Shown here: positions 62,806 through 64,000 of the stretch, piece after piece
How the letters are laid out: each line of letters starts with the position of its first letter
How positions within the stretch are numbered: the first letter of the stretch is position 1
Origin: Psammoneis japonica
Lineage: Eukaryota
Reading direction: 5' to 3'
DNA: 64,000 nt
NCBI GenBank assembly: GCA_008632985.1
Contig: QPGO01000031.1
Location: 496,001-560,000 of the forward strand
Notes under the pieces: generated by a model
Databases searched by the model: none
What the model saw: only the letters and a program-made list of their open reading frames with translations
What the model was told of the DNA's origin: nothing
Made by a program: the position numbers and the translations under genes

Positions 62806-64000
62806 AAATGCATTATGTTTTTCATCCTTTTGTATCAAGCATGCTACATTTGTAGCGTATTCTTCGTTGTAAATAGTGTTGCAGGAACAACAACACGGGA
62901 TGATTGGAGCTGTGTTGTTGTTGACGACGAGTGCCCATCGTGGTTGGAATGATCTGCCCATCTTTTTTTTTCTATCCTGTCTCTATCACTCTTCTGTTCT
63001 TCTGTTGAATCTTTTTCTTTTCTATCGGCGCACCTAGACCATATGTGACAAACACAAGAGGTCTATATATGCTACATGTAAGAAATACCGTAATGCTACA
63101 CTTGTTCTGGCACAGATAGTCGTTGCTTTTCCAGGTCGACCTTAATATGCTTATTTTGAGCTTCAGGTGAGTTTGTATGGTCGGGTACACCGAACAAATG
63201 CCGGTTAGTGAAATATCCAGCAAGTCTGATGAACGCGACAATCCACGCCTCTAGAGGCACGAAATCACGCAGAAATGTGATCCAGAGTAGTTGATAGGTG
63301 ACCGCGGTGTGCTTGATGCAGTACCTAGCTATAGATCCCTTTGTGTGATATTGTGCTGCTTGTACCTACGGCAAAGGCTCTTGTGATTCGAATCATCAAG
63401 AAGCTTCCAAGGTCTCTATCAAATTACGCATCCTTGCATTCCATCTAAGAAATGAGATAATCAAAAGGGTCTTTCTGGTCGCGTTGTTACAGCTGTCTTG
63501 ACGCATAATCAATTTCAAGAAGACGTGGAGACCAGTCAGTCTTGCTTTTGGGTGGGTTGTTGGCAACAGCAAGAAGAACAACATACCTCTGGTCATGATT
63601 CATTCGGCGACTCATCATCACAGGTGGCGCTCCATTGTAGTCTACAAAAAAGCGTTTAGGAAGGATGAAAGGTTTGGCAGGGATTCTATCTCGAAATCGC
63701 CGCTTATGGGTAATCAAGCTGACATTTATTTAGAGCAGAGTAAGGAGGCCGCAGTACCTTTTGGGATAGTATGTCCTCAACTGTTTGATATTCTTAAGGT
63801 TCCGCCGTCATTTAACCGATACGGAAGACTTTGATTTGTCTCTCTATTGGATGACACAAAATTGACACTCCTGGTCGTCGTTTTTTTGTTTCTTTGGAAA
63901 GCAAAACACATCATGCGAATCGTTATCCTCCGTCGTGGGAGGCTTGATCAGTGGAGCTGGCGCCACAAGGAGATCCTTTCCATTTTGACGCATAAACTCA

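Noticed and set aside
63390..64000. Possible 3' part of a minus-strand gene
   Set aside because: Only short interrupted ORFs with no motif I can recognise.

Overview
Eukaryotic nuclear DNA, most likely a diatom. This rests on short GT-AG introns, a bipartite-type presequence, DUF6824-like and HA-repeat genes and a CoDi-like Copia; the species cannot be fixed from sequence alone. Two compartments alternate. (1) Gene-dense stretches with normal dinucleotide use: HA-repeat protein, RPA32-like OB protein, aldo-keto reductase, HD-domain nucleotidase, flavin monooxygenase, mitochondrial L34, AP-3 beta, NB-ARC/TPR protein, V-ATPase c, alpha/beta hydrolase, TRIC/UPF0126 protein, a CaaX protein and a beta-propeller membrane protein. 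(2) Three blocks of dead repeats (~4.1-5.7, ~6.8-19.0, ~37.2-60.0 kb) holding a Copia, CRE-like LINEs, a Tc1-like transposase, a foldback element and a tRNA-carrying TRIM. The main signal is that these blocks have lost CpG and also almost all TpA, with TpG/CpA in their place on both strands. Paired LTRs and conserved protein motifs (Tyr to His/Cys) show TA-to-TG and TA-to-CA changes directly. This suggests a repeat-targeted A-to-G hypermutation process, opposite in direction to fungal RIP; the mechanism is inference. All family calls are from motif recognition by eye, with no database searches.
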